Assembly (NCBI GenBank): GCA_965198225.1
Contig: CBDAOY010000009.1
Coordinates: 1,234,540-1,298,539, forward strand
From: Terriglobia bacterium
GTDB lineage: Bacteria > Acidobacteriota > Terriglobia > 20CM-2-55-15
Direction: 5' to 3'
DNA length: 64,000 bases
Below are positions 55,251 through 64,000 of the stretch, one piece after another. A program made the translations under genes and the position numbers. The notes under the pieces are model-generated. The model made no database searches. It saw only the letters and a list, made by a program, of their open reading frames with translations, and was not told the origin of the DNA. Numbering within the stretch: the stretch's first letter is position 1; every line of letters begins with the position of its first letter.

Positions 55251-55525
55251 CTAGTGGCCTGTAACAGTGCTATCGGTACCATCGCCGATGGGTCTTGCGG
55301 GCGAGGTCGAGGAGGGAGACGGAAAGCGATGCTCTCTCATCGGTGACGGCTTCCGACAAAGAGATCGCCCGCAACCCCCATCGGCCCGAAGGGTTCGGCG
55401 GAACGGCGCCGTCTTCGGTGTCGTAACGCCCTCGCAATGAAACAGCATTGGCTCGAGCGTCACTCCTAGAATCCGACGCCGTTCGGCCGAACGCTGGTAC
55501 CGATAGCACTGTTACAGGTCACTGG
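55251..55525 (+). mobile_element. CTAG-bounded structured repeat/MITE-like element, copy B (275 bp)
   Basis: Terminal inverted repeats CTAGTGGCCTGTAACAGTGCTATCGGTACCATCG / CGCTGGTACCGATAGCACTGTTACAGGTCACTGG. Confidence 0.85.
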
Positions 55526-55611
55526 TGCCTCCAAGTTGTGCTGGGAAGAGCTCTGGGGAAGGTAAAAGTGGGGCATTAGTGGGCAAACGCGGGGAGCAGG
55601 AGACGCCGCGG

Positions 55612-56289
55612 TTACTGTCTGAGGGCTTGTGTGAGCGCCTTGATTTCAGTCAGCTCCTGGACGACTTCCTGGTAAAGATCCACGTCGATGGTATCTCCAA
55701 CCAACACCTGAACGATCTTTGGCCGGATCTCGGAAACACGCGAGTTCAAACCGGCCACCTTCCCATCCATCGTCAGGTCGGTGAAAAGGGGAGCGGCCCC
55801 GAGCTCGTCGGAGGGTCCGTCCAGTAAGAAACGTAAGATCGCGTCGGCCCGTTTCTGAAGATCCTTCGATCGCTTCTCGATACCCTTGACGGCCCAGCGT
55901 TCCGACATGGGCGCGAAACGATAGTGGGAAATCTCTTCTGCGATGCTCAGGAATTCGCTCATGTCACTTGCGAAATCGTTCCAGGCTCGAGCGGCCGGGT
56001 CCCAATCGGGCTCCGTCTCGATGGTCCAGCCTCCCCGTGGTTCTGCCCGCCAGTTGAGATCACTCTTGGGCGGGTGAGTGAATTTCCCCTCGGTGTGAAG
56101 CCGGATGATCTCTCCTTGGCGTACCCGAGCCTCCTCCGCAGTTCGCCTGCGCATTTCCATGATTTCTAGGGTACGGCGAGCCGCTTCTTTGCGTGCTTCG
56201 GTCTCGTCGGGCGGCTCTTGAGCCCAAGCCGCCGGTCCGTGAGCAGTCACGATCACTGCAATGAGCAGATACGGCAACAGTCTCGGCAT
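55612..56289 (-). CDS. Exported helical hypothetical protein
   Basis: Signal peptide (MPRLLPYLLIAVIVTAHGPAAWA-Q); fills the gap between recognised genes; no motif recognised. Confidence 0.6.
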   Translation of the reverse strand: MPRLLPYLLIAVIVTAHGPAAWAQEPPDETEARKEAARRTLEIMEMRRRTAEEARVRQGEIIRLHTEGKFTHPPKSDLNWRAEPRGGWTIETEPDWDPAARAWNDFASDMSEFLSIAEEISHYRFAPMSERWAVKGIEKRSKDLQKRADAILRFLLDGPSDELGAAPLFTDLTMDGKVAGLNSRVSEIRPKIVQVLVGDTIDVDLYQEVVQELTEIKALTQALRQ

Positions 56290-56430
56290 GGGTGTCTTAT
56301 TTGACAAAGTTGCCTTTCATGCTCCGACCACGACCAAGAATCGTCAAGGAAAAAGCAGGGGTCGATGTCAAAAGTGGAAGAACGTGAACGGCGCAATTCG
56401 CCTGAGGACTCTGTGGATTTCAGGCGTGAA

Positions 56431-57852
56431 TCACCGCTGCTGAAGTGAGCTTGGTTTCTTCCAAACCCCCACATTCTGCTCCATGCTGATTTCGGTCCCA
56501 AATGGTGCGGAAAGTTGGGCGAGGCGATCGATGATTCTCTTTGCAGTCACTTCATCGGCCATTCGCGGCGTGCCCCGGCGGGAACGCCCCATTTTTTGTC
56601 CGAGGTCGATCGGGTAGAAGCGTATCTCTTCTAACTGATCCTCCCTGTAGCGGGCCACGGGAATGACACTTTCCCACTGAGCGGGGTCGACGGGGGAGCC
56701 GACGGTATCATTCTCATACCAGGCGGTGTAAAGATCGGCAGTCGTCGCCCCCGGGCCTAAACCATGCGCTTCGTACATATCCTGGGGCCTGGGTTCGATG
56801 GTGCCATCACCGTGGAATATGAAGTTTCCGAGGCCGTAATAAATCACCTTGCCTTTGTAAACCTCCACGCCACGCAGATAGTGGGGTCCATGCCCGATGA
56901 AAACATCGGCTCCAGCGTCAATGGCCGCATGTGCAAAGACCGGCAGAAAATCAGGAGGCTCTTCGCGGGTTCCGCCCCTCTGGCTCGCGTGAATATTCAC
57001 CACGACATAATCAGCCTGTCGCTTCGCGCTTCGCACCCATCTGAGGATGTGTTCCAGGTCCAGCTTGTTCATCTCGTATGTGGGTGTGCCTGGGTTTGGT
57101 CCAACCTTGAACAGAGCGCCGAAGAAATCCAGAATCTCGCCGGACCTGTCCGGCGTCGGCATCTGGAACGGGTCGGTCGAAAGCTGCAGCTGCCTGTGCA
57201 TTTCTGAGAGCTGGCGGAAGGTGGCCTCGCTTACCTGTATCGCCGTGGTCGTCCTGAGCGCCGACAAGCCAGGACGCCCCCGAATTTCCCGTCGCGCATT
57301 GGACGCCCGCGCACTCGGAATAAACGATGATGCGCAGCCGATCAGCGCGAAACGTCCCCGCGGCGTATCAAAATAGGCCGGTGCCCGGGCTTCCTCCAGG
57401 GTCATGCCCGAGCCGGCATGCACCAAACCGTCGCGGTTCAACAACCGGTTCGTTTCAACCATGCCCTGGATCCCATAGTCGATGGTGTGATTGTTGGCCC
57501 GGTTAAAGAGATCAATCCCGATATCGCGCAAGTCTTCGATTACAAAAGGGGGGCCCACTAGATTCGCGCCATGCTCCCGGGGGAACCCGCTAAATTCCCT
57601 CAGATCGAAAACGGACATCTCCAGGTTCGTAAAAGCGGCGTCGGCCTTTTTCAGGACTTCGACTACCTCGTCAAACGATGGATCGCCCGGGAGGTTGACG
57701 CGCCTGGCGACGATCGCATCACCGCTGGCTGCCAATGTCCATTCATTCGCTGTTTCTGCGGAGGCAGGCGTCTGGGTCATCCCTGGCGCGGCCCCCATTC
57801 CAAGCACAGCAACAGAGAGCAAAATCAAAAACAGGGTTGATTTAGCGTTCAT
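56431..57852 (-). CDS. CapA-family (poly-gamma-glutamate-related) metallophosphoesterase-fold exported protein
   Basis: SGD, TNLE, RANNHTIDYG, HAGSG, VNIHA, IDAGADVFIGHGPH, YGLGNF. Confidence 0.9.
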   Translation of the reverse strand: MNAKSTLFLILLSVAVLGMGAAPGMTQTPASAETANEWTLAASGDAIVARRVNLPGDPSFDEVVEVLKKADAAFTNLEMSVFDLREFSGFPREHGANLVGPPFVIEDLRDIGIDLFNRANNHTIDYGIQGMVETNRLLNRDGLVHAGSGMTLEEARAPAYFDTPRGRFALIGCASSFIPSARASNARREIRGRPGLSALRTTTAIQVSEATFRQLSEMHRQLQLSTDPFQMPTPDRSGEILDFFGALFKVGPNPGTPTYEMNKLDLEHILRWVRSAKRQADYVVVNIHASQRGGTREEPPDFLPVFAHAAIDAGADVFIGHGPHYLRGVEVYKGKVIYYGLGNFIFHGDGTIEPRPQDMYEAHGLGPGATTADLYTAWYENDTVGSPVDPAQWESVIPVARYREDQLEEIRFYPIDLGQKMGRSRRGTPRMADEVTAKRIIDRLAQLSAPFGTEISMEQNVGVWKKPSSLQQR

Positions 57853-58784
57853 GGCATTGGCTCCTTTTTCGACGCGGCGGCGAGCACTCTCTTGATTGCC
57901 TCGACGGTTTTGTCCGCGCGGAAATCTGCGATCTTCTTACCGAACTCGATCGTCTTCTCCTTCGGCACCAAGCTCACGCCGTTGATCGTTGCTCGTCCTG
58001 CCTTGACGCGTGCGTCAAAGTTCACCAGCTTCGGATCATAGGCCATCAACAGCGCGGTGGCGCTGTACTCGTCGTGGATGCCGTCGGAGCGCAACTTTTC
58101 GGGAATCCCGCTGTCGGTGATGAACTTCCGAACCGAGTCCCAGTCGTAATACTCTCGAATGTGGTAGACGCCAGGGTTACCCTTCCACTTCTCGGCCAGC
58201 TCCCGGGAGACTGCAGCCAGACCGGCAGTGTTGCTGCCGCTGTCACCCATCATGAAGATGTTCTCGAATCCCTGGCTCTTCAGGCTTCTCGCCATGTCCC
58301 GCAGAATCGAGCGGAACGTTTCTTCAGTGATGTAGGTGCTTCCCCACGACAGGAACTTGTCGTCCGGATTGCCGGACTCCAGAGTGATGATCGGCGCAAT
58401 CAGCGCGTTACCGAGTTTTCTGGCGATGACTTCACCCGTCATGCGGACCTGATACTGGTGCTTGCCGAGAGCAAGATACGGACCGTTCTCTTCCATACCG
58501 GCGGCGAAGATCAAAGCAACGGTCTTTCCGGCCTTCATCCCGTCACGAACTCCCAGATAGGTCAATTCCTCCATCCAGACAGTGTCCCGGACGGGAATCG
58601 GGTTCGGCGTCGCGAGGTCTTCCTCGTAACGTTGTCTGGCCTGAGCTTCGCGTTGTTCAGTCAGGCCGGTCTGAGCGCCGCCAGCCTGTCCACCATTTGC
58701 CTGCAGTGCGGCCTGCCCGGCCACGATCAGTGCCGTCGCCAAGGCCAATGTTACAGACAAGGCTATAAACCGACTGATCGTCAT
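57849..58784 (-). CDS. Exported creatininase-family amidohydrolase
   Basis: WMEELT, GMEENGPYLALGKH, GDSGSN, DGIHD; overlaps the CapA start by 4 bp. Confidence 0.85.
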   Translation of the reverse strand: MTISRFIALSVTLALATALIVAGQAALQANGGQAGGAQTGLTEQREAQARQRYEEDLATPNPIPVRDTVWMEELTYLGVRDGMKAGKTVALIFAAGMEENGPYLALGKHQYQVRMTGEVIARKLGNALIAPIITLESGNPDDKFLSWGSTYITEETFRSILRDMARSLKSQGFENIFMMGDSGSNTAGLAAVSRELAEKWKGNPGVYHIREYYDWDSVRKFITDSGIPEKLRSDGIHDEYSATALLMAYDPKLVNFDARVKAGRATINGVSLVPKEKTIEFGKKIADFRADKTVEAIKRVLAAASKKEPMP

Positions 58785-58837
58785 ACTCTCTCCTGACTCC
58801 TTAGTGTGTATGGATAGGAACTCGGCGATGGATCCTA

Positions 58838-58877
58838 GACTGAAAGACCATCGCCTAAAGGCGATGGTCTTTCAGTC
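58838..58877. repeat. Perfect 18-bp-stem palindrome with TAAA loop
   Basis: GACTGAAAGACCATCGCC-TAAA-GGCGATGGTCTTTCAGTC. Confidence 0.85.
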
Positions 58878-58973
58878 AGATGTCTGTAGGTCAGCCCGGA
58901 GGCGGTGCTCTCTCGTTTCTTGAGCACCGCCCCCGAGATATCTAGTCGATCTGGTTCGTGACGTGAAGCATCG

Positions 58974-61900
58974 TTAGAAATTGATCCTCAGCGAAACCTG
59001 GATCTGCCGGCTGGCCCGTGCGGTAGATATGGTTCCGAAATTGCTGGAATTGGCAAACCGATTGGGCAAGAAGAACTGAGGGTGATTCGCGATGTTGAAT
59101 ATCTCGGTCCGAAACTCTACGAAATTGGGGATATCCCCAAGCGGAAAACTTTTGGCCATGGCGAAATCGAGGTTGTTGACGCCCGGCCCCCGCAAGATAT
59201 TCCTGCCGGCATTTCCAAATGTGCCCCGCGGCGGGACTTGGAAGGCCGCTTCATTGACCCACCGGTTCGGATCGGGATTATCGAGCTTCCATTCTCCGAT
59301 CAGGTGAGGCCGGTCGGCACGGTTTCCGGTCAAACTGTTGTCCCCCAGCAGCTCGGGTGTATACGGCTGCCCGTTGGAGTACGCGAAAATCCCGTTGACC
59401 TGCCACCCCGTGATCAGCGCCCGAGGAATCCCGGTCAGGTTCCGGCCACCAGGGATCTCCCACAAGAATGCGGCGGTTAGAACCTGCGTGCGATCGAACA
59501 CGGATGGCCCACGTTGGTCCTTCAAGTTGTAATTGTTCTGCGGTCGCCCGGCGCCAGAAACGCGACTCTGAGCGGAGTCGTCGTCGATCGATTTCGAATA
59601 CGTGTAGGCGCCAAGGACCGAGAATCCACGGGACAACCGCCGATCGAAACGAAGTTGCATGGAATGGTAGGTGGAGCTCGCGCTGTCCTCGAGTATTCCG
59701 ATGGCCGAAAAGTTCGGATAGGGACGCCTGCTTTTAATGGAGCCCGGCCCCAGGACCGCCGCGTTGATGTCTCGGTTCGACCGCTGCAGCTTGTTGCCCT
59801 TGGTGCCCGCGTATGTCAGTTCGACCACGGTGGTGTCGTCCAACTGGCGCGATACGCTCAGGTTCTGCTGGGTCATGTAGCCGGTACGCATGTTCAAATG
59901 AGCGCTGTCGGTAGAAATGCCCAACCTGAACAATTCCTCCGGGAAAGGATTGTCCAGGGTGAGGTTGGGATTGTCCGGATCCGCATTTATGGTGTTGTTG
60001 CGTATGAACGGAAACGCCCGGTACGCGTTGCGCCAGGACGAGCCTCCATAGAGAGTCATGTAGAAGACCCCGCCTCCGCCGCGAATCACAGTTCTTCCAT
60101 CCCCCGCAACGTCGTAGGCAAAGCCAAACCGGGGACCGAAATTGTTCTTGTCATCATGCCAGCCGGCGCGCGGAATGTTTCCGGGTTTGATCGCGATTCC
60201 GGGGTACTGCTCGAGGACGGGAACGACGGAGGGATCAATCGGGCCCTCGCCCACCAGGTTGACCAGGCCGGTGCTCTCGTCAAAGTACACCTTCCGATCA
60301 CGTTGATGGTACATGGGGGTCTGGTATTCGTAGCGTACGCCAAGATTCAACGTCAGCCTGTCGCTCACTCTAAAGTCGTCCTGAAAATACCCACTGAAGT
60401 GCCACGACCTTGCATACCCATTGGTCCATCCGGAACTCGTGAGAGTCTGGCTGGGAAAACCCAGCAGCAAGTCCGCAACGGAGTTGCCCGTGTAACGATT
60501 GTCAAATGTGTAGCTGCCATTCGCCGTTGAAGGACTGTGAAAGTGGTTATGGGCCCTGCGCGCCTCAAACCCCATCTTCAACTGGTGCGCGCCTTTGGTC
60601 CAGGAGAGGTTATCGAGATAGTCGTAATGGTTATCGTAGCGGAGCTGGGTGCCGCCACGTGGGATCCCAGTGAACCCGGACACACGGACGACGGGAAACT
60701 GGAGCCATTCCTTCTTCAGGTCCGGGTCATCAAACACGCGGGTGCCGGGCAGCGCCAGCGCCTGGATTGCGGGGTGGTCCTGTGCCTGGAATTCCTGTTT
60801 GTAGTGGAGGCGCGCGAACCCGACGCGTAATTCATTGACCACGTTCGGAGTAAAAATGTGCGTCTGACTGATGACCACACTCTGGGACAGGGTCAGCGCA
60901 TCGACGCCATATCCGGCGATCGAATTCCCATTACGCGTATAGGGCTCTAACTTCGGCCGGTTCGAGAGGGAGTAGCGCACCATAATCGAGTCATTCTCGT
61001 TAAACGTATGGTCGAAGCGCGTGGCGATGTTGTCCTGATCCTGCGTGAAAGTGGACAGTGAGATCAGGTTGTTGGTTTGCCCGGGTGCGTTCGGCTGCGG
61101 ATACAGATCCAACATGCCTTTGCCGATCGGATGGATCCGATCCTGCGGGATGATGTTGCCGGGAAACGGTTCTCCGGTCAGGGGATCGATGATCGGCGTC
61201 CCCAGGGACGAAAAGTCGCCGTTGCGCAAGGCCGTGGGAGGCACTCGGGCTCTCTTGAAGTCAGGCCTGCGGACGATGGTCCCTTCGTAGGACACAAAGA
61301 AGAACGTTTTGTTCCTGGCGATCGGTCCACCCAAAGTGGCCCCGAATTGATTCCTCTTGAAGGACGGTTTGTCCCGATCGGCAGGGTCGAAGAAGTTCCT
61401 GGCGTCCATGGCGGAGTTCCGCAAATACTCATAAACCGTCCCGTGGAAGGCATTGGAACCCGACTTGGTCGAGACGTTGACAAGTCCGCCGACCGCTCGT
61501 CCGTACTCGGCGCTGGTAGTGCTCGTCTGGACTTTGAATTCTTGAATCGAGTCGGGGCTGGGCGAGATGATGATCGAAGCGGGACCGGCATCGTTATTGT
61601 CGATTCCGTCGAGCATGAAGTTGTTGACCTGTTCCCGTGCTCCGTTGACGTTGATTGTACCGCCTCGGGTTGCGAAATTACTGCCTTCCGAGTGCGGCAC
61701 GACTCCGGGGGTGAGCGAAGCCAGATCCAGGAAATTTCGCCCGTTGAGCGGAAGCTGGGCCACCCTCTGCGAGTCGATCACCTGACCCAGCGCGGCGTTG
61801 TCGGATTGAACCAGCGGCGCGTCCGCGGTGACCTCAACCGTTTCGGTGACCACGCCGACCTCAAGTTGTATTTCCACTCGTGCGGTGCGATCCACTTCCA

Positions 61901-62186
61901 CCCGGACTCCACGGCGGAGTTCGGTCCGGAAGCCCGGCAACAACGCCTGCACCGAATAGGTCCCTGGTTGCAGCTGGAGAACATTGTACCGACCGATTTC
62001 GTTGGTAATGATGGTTCGCGTCAGTCCGGTCGCGTCGTTGGTGACGGTCACCTCCACGCCAGGCAACACGGCTCCTGTAGTGTCGGTGACGCTGCCATCG
62101 ATCGACCCCGTAACTCGCTGCCCAAAAGCCGCGGAAGACAGCATAAAGGTTGCCAATACGATAAAGATGGTTGTTCGAGATCTCAC
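58974..62186 (-). CDS. TonB-dependent receptor (Oar-like)
   Basis: GTG after AAGGAGGAGG; GSIDGSVTDTTGAVLPGV, LPLNGRNF, YFQDDFRV..RLTLNLGVRYEY, RQIQVSLRINF. Confidence 0.95.
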   Translation of the reverse strand: MRSRTTIFIVLATFMLSSAAFGQRVTGSIDGSVTDTTGAVLPGVEVTVTNDATGLTRTIITNEIGRYNVLQLQPGTYSVQALLPGFRTELRRGVRVEVDRTARVEIQLEVGVVTETVEVTADAPLVQSDNAALGQVIDSQRVAQLPLNGRNFLDLASLTPGVVPHSEGSNFATRGGTINVNGAREQVNNFMLDGIDNNDAGPASIIISPSPDSIQEFKVQTSTTSAEYGRAVGGLVNVSTKSGSNAFHGTVYEYLRNSAMDARNFFDPADRDKPSFKRNQFGATLGGPIARNKTFFFVSYEGTIVRRPDFKRARVPPTALRNGDFSSLGTPIIDPLTGEPFPGNIIPQDRIHPIGKGMLDLYPQPNAPGQTNNLISLSTFTQDQDNIATRFDHTFNENDSIMVRYSLSNRPKLEPYTRNGNSIAGYGVDALTLSQSVVISQTHIFTPNVVNELRVGFARLHYKQEFQAQDHPAIQALALPGTRVFDDPDLKKEWLQFPVVRVSGFTGIPRGGTQLRYDNHYDYLDNLSWTKGAHQLKMGFEARRAHNHFHSPSTANGSYTFDNRYTGNSVADLLLGFPSQTLTSSGWTNGYARSWHFSGYFQDDFRVSDRLTLNLGVRYEYQTPMYHQRDRKVYFDESTGLVNLVGEGPIDPSVVPVLEQYPGIAIKPGNIPRAGWHDDKNNFGPRFGFAYDVAGDGRTVIRGGGGVFYMTLYGGSSWRNAYRAFPFIRNNTINADPDNPNLTLDNPFPEELFRLGISTDSAHLNMRTGYMTQQNLSVSRQLDDTTVVELTYAGTKGNKLQRSNRDINAAVLGPGSIKSRRPYPNFSAIGILEDSASSTYHSMQLRFDRRLSRGFSVLGAYTYSKSIDDDSAQSRVSGAGRPQNNYNLKDQRGPSVFDRTQVLTAAFLWEIPGGRNLTGIPRALITGWQVNGIFAYSNGQPYTPELLGDNSLTGNRADRPHLIGEWKLDNPDPNRWVNEAAFQVPPRGTFGNAGRNILRGPGVNNLDFAMAKSFPLGDIPNFVEFRTEIFNIANHPQFFLPNRFANSSNFGTISTARASRQIQVSLRINF

Positions 62187-62486
62187 TCCTCCTCCTTAAA
62201 ACCTGCGTTCCCGTCCCCGGAAACGCGATTGTGCAATCGTTTCATTCGACCGAGCCGATTGCATTGATCCTCATTTCAATCAAATCGCCGCCGCTCCATA
62301 GGCACTGCCTATCGATTCTCGAGGTGTTGACAGGAACTCATTCACGCTGAGATCCAATCTTCAACCTTTGGTGGTCAATGGTGACTCCGGAAAGGGTCTC
62401 CTCCACCTCTGGCGATTTTCTTACTCTTCTGTAATATTAGTCGCCATACTTAGTTGGTAGCCTCGGGGTGTCAAGTTAATTTGCGT

Positions 62487-62522
62487 ATAGAAAACTGCAT
62501 AGAAAATTGTATAGAAAACTGC
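62487..62522. promoter_or_regulatory. Three 12-bp direct repeats in a divergent promoter region
   Basis: ATAGAAAACTGC ATAGAAAATTGT ATAGAAAACTGC next to a minus-strand TTGACA at 62474-62469. Confidence 0.55.
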
Positions 62523-62630
62523 CTGTCGATTAACGGCCATTTACATAGTGCGAACTGCAATGTCTGTGAGTAACGAGCAGGTGTTGACCCTGATTCCGGA
62601 TTGAACTGAAAGACAACAAGGGGAAGAAAT

Positions 62631-63593
62631 ATGAAGGCAATTCGTGTTGAGGAATTCGGGAGTCCTTCTGTCATGCGAGTCGAAGAACTGCCCGGTCCAC
62701 GGCCTGGCCCGATGCAGGTCGTAGTGGATGTGAAAGCTGCCGGTGTCAATCCGGTGGATACGTATATCCGTGCCGGAACTTATGCCAGGAAACCCGAATT
62801 GCCTTACACCCCGGGTACGGACGCCGCGGGCGTGATCGAATCGGTTGGCGAAGGTGTGACGCGTTTTGCAGTTGGAGATAGAGTTTATACGGCTGGGACG
62901 CTGAGTGGATCTTATGCCGAGCGGTGCCTGTGCTCGGACCAGCAGCTATACCCGCTGCCACAACGAGTCAGTTTTGAGCAGGGCGCCGGAGTTTCATTGC
63001 CTTATGTGACCGCATACCGCGCTCTCTTTGATATTGCTCACGCGAAGCCTGCAGAGACAGTTCTGGTTCATGGTGCAAGTGGTGGGGTCGGTATTGCCGC
63101 ATTGCAATTGGCCTGCTCGGCCGGAATGAGAGTTATTGGAACGGCAGGATCCGATCGGGGACGGTCGCTAATAACCGAGAACGGCGCTCACTCTGCCCTG
63201 GACCACGGGAGTCCGGGCCATATGGATGAGGTGATGACGTTGACGGACGGTCACGGCGTCGACGTTCTCATCGAGATGCTGGCGAACGTAAATCTCGGCA
63301 AAGATCTCAAGGTTTTGGCAAGGAGAGGTCGCGTCGTTGTCATTGGTAATCGGGGTACTGCTGAAATCGACGCTCGAGACCTGATGATTCGCGACGCAGC
63401 GGTCTTCGGAATGCTTGTTTTCAACACACCAGAATCGCAGTTGGCCGCAATCCATTCCGCGCTCTTCGCTGGATTAGACAACGGAAGTCTTCAGCCGGCC
63501 GTCGGCCAGGTACTCCCCCTTTCTGACGCTCCGCACGCGCATGAGGCTGTAATGGAAAAAGGGGCATACGGTAAGGTTGTGTTGGTTCCCTAG
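62631..63593 (+). CDS. qor: NADPH:quinone reductase (zeta-crystallin/MDR family)
   Basis: AAGVNPVDTYIR.G, PYTPG.D.AG, VLVHGASGGVG, GKVVL. Confidence 0.92.
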   Translation: MKAIRVEEFGSPSVMRVEELPGPRPGPMQVVVDVKAAGVNPVDTYIRAGTYARKPELPYTPGTDAAGVIESVGEGVTRFAVGDRVYTAGTLSGSYAERCLCSDQQLYPLPQRVSFEQGAGVSLPYVTAYRALFDIAHAKPAETVLVHGASGGVGIAALQLACSAGMRVIGTAGSDRGRSLITENGAHSALDHGSPGHMDEVMTLTDGHGVDVLIEMLANVNLGKDLKVLARRGRVVVIGNRGTAEIDARDLMIRDAAVFGMLVFNTPESQLAAIHSALFAGLDNGSLQPAVGQVLPLSDAPHAHEAVMEKGAYGKVVLVP

Positions 63594-64000
63594 CGCTCGC
63601 AGGTCGAGGCAACGGTCTCCAGCGAGGTCAGGTTAATACGGTCGCCCTCCGGCCGGGGGATAAAGACGCCTGTGGCCTTCACCTTGTGTCCTTTGTAGGG
63701 AGCGGGGTCGAAATCGAAACGGATATTCCTGAAGCTCGGCAATCCGAATATCTGAGTTCCCAGAGGCCTGGCGTCGAGTACTCTCAATTCCTCTGCGGAC
63801 GTCTCCTCCACTCTTCTTATCCGGGTCGGCTTGCTGGCCTTAGTCAACATCCAGTTGCCGCCTGAACCCTCGGTGAGGCAGCCGATCAACTGGACCAGCG
63901 TATTGCGCGGCAGCGGCCTTGGCCCGTCGCTTCCCACCAGCCGGATGTTCCCGAGTTTGTCCGGGGTCAGGTCGTCGGGCCCCTCGGGAAAGGCGTTCGC
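63590..64000 (-). CDS. C-terminal part of a hypothetical protein, possibly cytochrome c-associated (start lies beyond the window)
   Basis: Frame open to the window end: ANAFPEG...LVQLIGCLTEG...GHKVKATG...SLETVASTC. Confidence 0.6.
   Translation of the reverse strand, partial: ANAFPEGPDDLTPDKLGNIRLVGSDGPRPLPRNTLVQLIGCLTEGSGGNWMLTKASKPTRIRRVEETSAEELRVLDARPLGTQIFGLPSFRNIRFDFDPAPYKGHKVKATGVFIPRPEGDRINLTSLETVASTCER

Overview
High-GC bacterial chromosome segment, most consistent with Acidobacteriota (TonB-dependent receptors with carboxypeptidase-regulatory-like N-termini, PHFADGGG-repeat exported proteins, Gly/Arg-rich exported proteins); the taxon is inferred, not verified. About 47 genes: a partial 2-oxoacid:ferredoxin oxidoreductase alpha subunit, tRNA-Arg(TCT), cation/H+ antiporters, AmpG, Hsp20, FKBP, a GHKL ATPase, split aconitase X, a Spy/CpxP plus two-component locus, a complete hydantoin-utilisation cluster, PilB, a heptaheme-TPR cytochrome, CBS, and two TonB-receptor/amide-hydrolase loci. 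Intergenic DNA is crowded with non-autonomous elements: about 20 GTAG-type REPs including a BIME-like array, an IS5 remnant, and several CTAG-bounded hairpin elements. The best candidates for something new are: (1) an exported Ig-repeat protein ending in a magnetochrome-like PH-x5-CxxCH heme motif, paired with a Tat-exported alkaline-phosphatase-superfamily enzyme next to a heptaheme cytochrome; (2) a stand-alone AprA-MT1-like (His/His/Gln metal-site) methyltransferase translationally coupled to a Tat-small-subunit/amidase pair behind a TonB receptor; (3) a family of 187-277 bp covarying structured repeats built from inverted copies of one motif; (4) a GHKL ATPase gene bracketed by inverted and direct repeats. 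Two single-base frameshifts and a scrambled repeat array suggest possible assembly errors. All calls come from reading motifs by eye; no searches were run.
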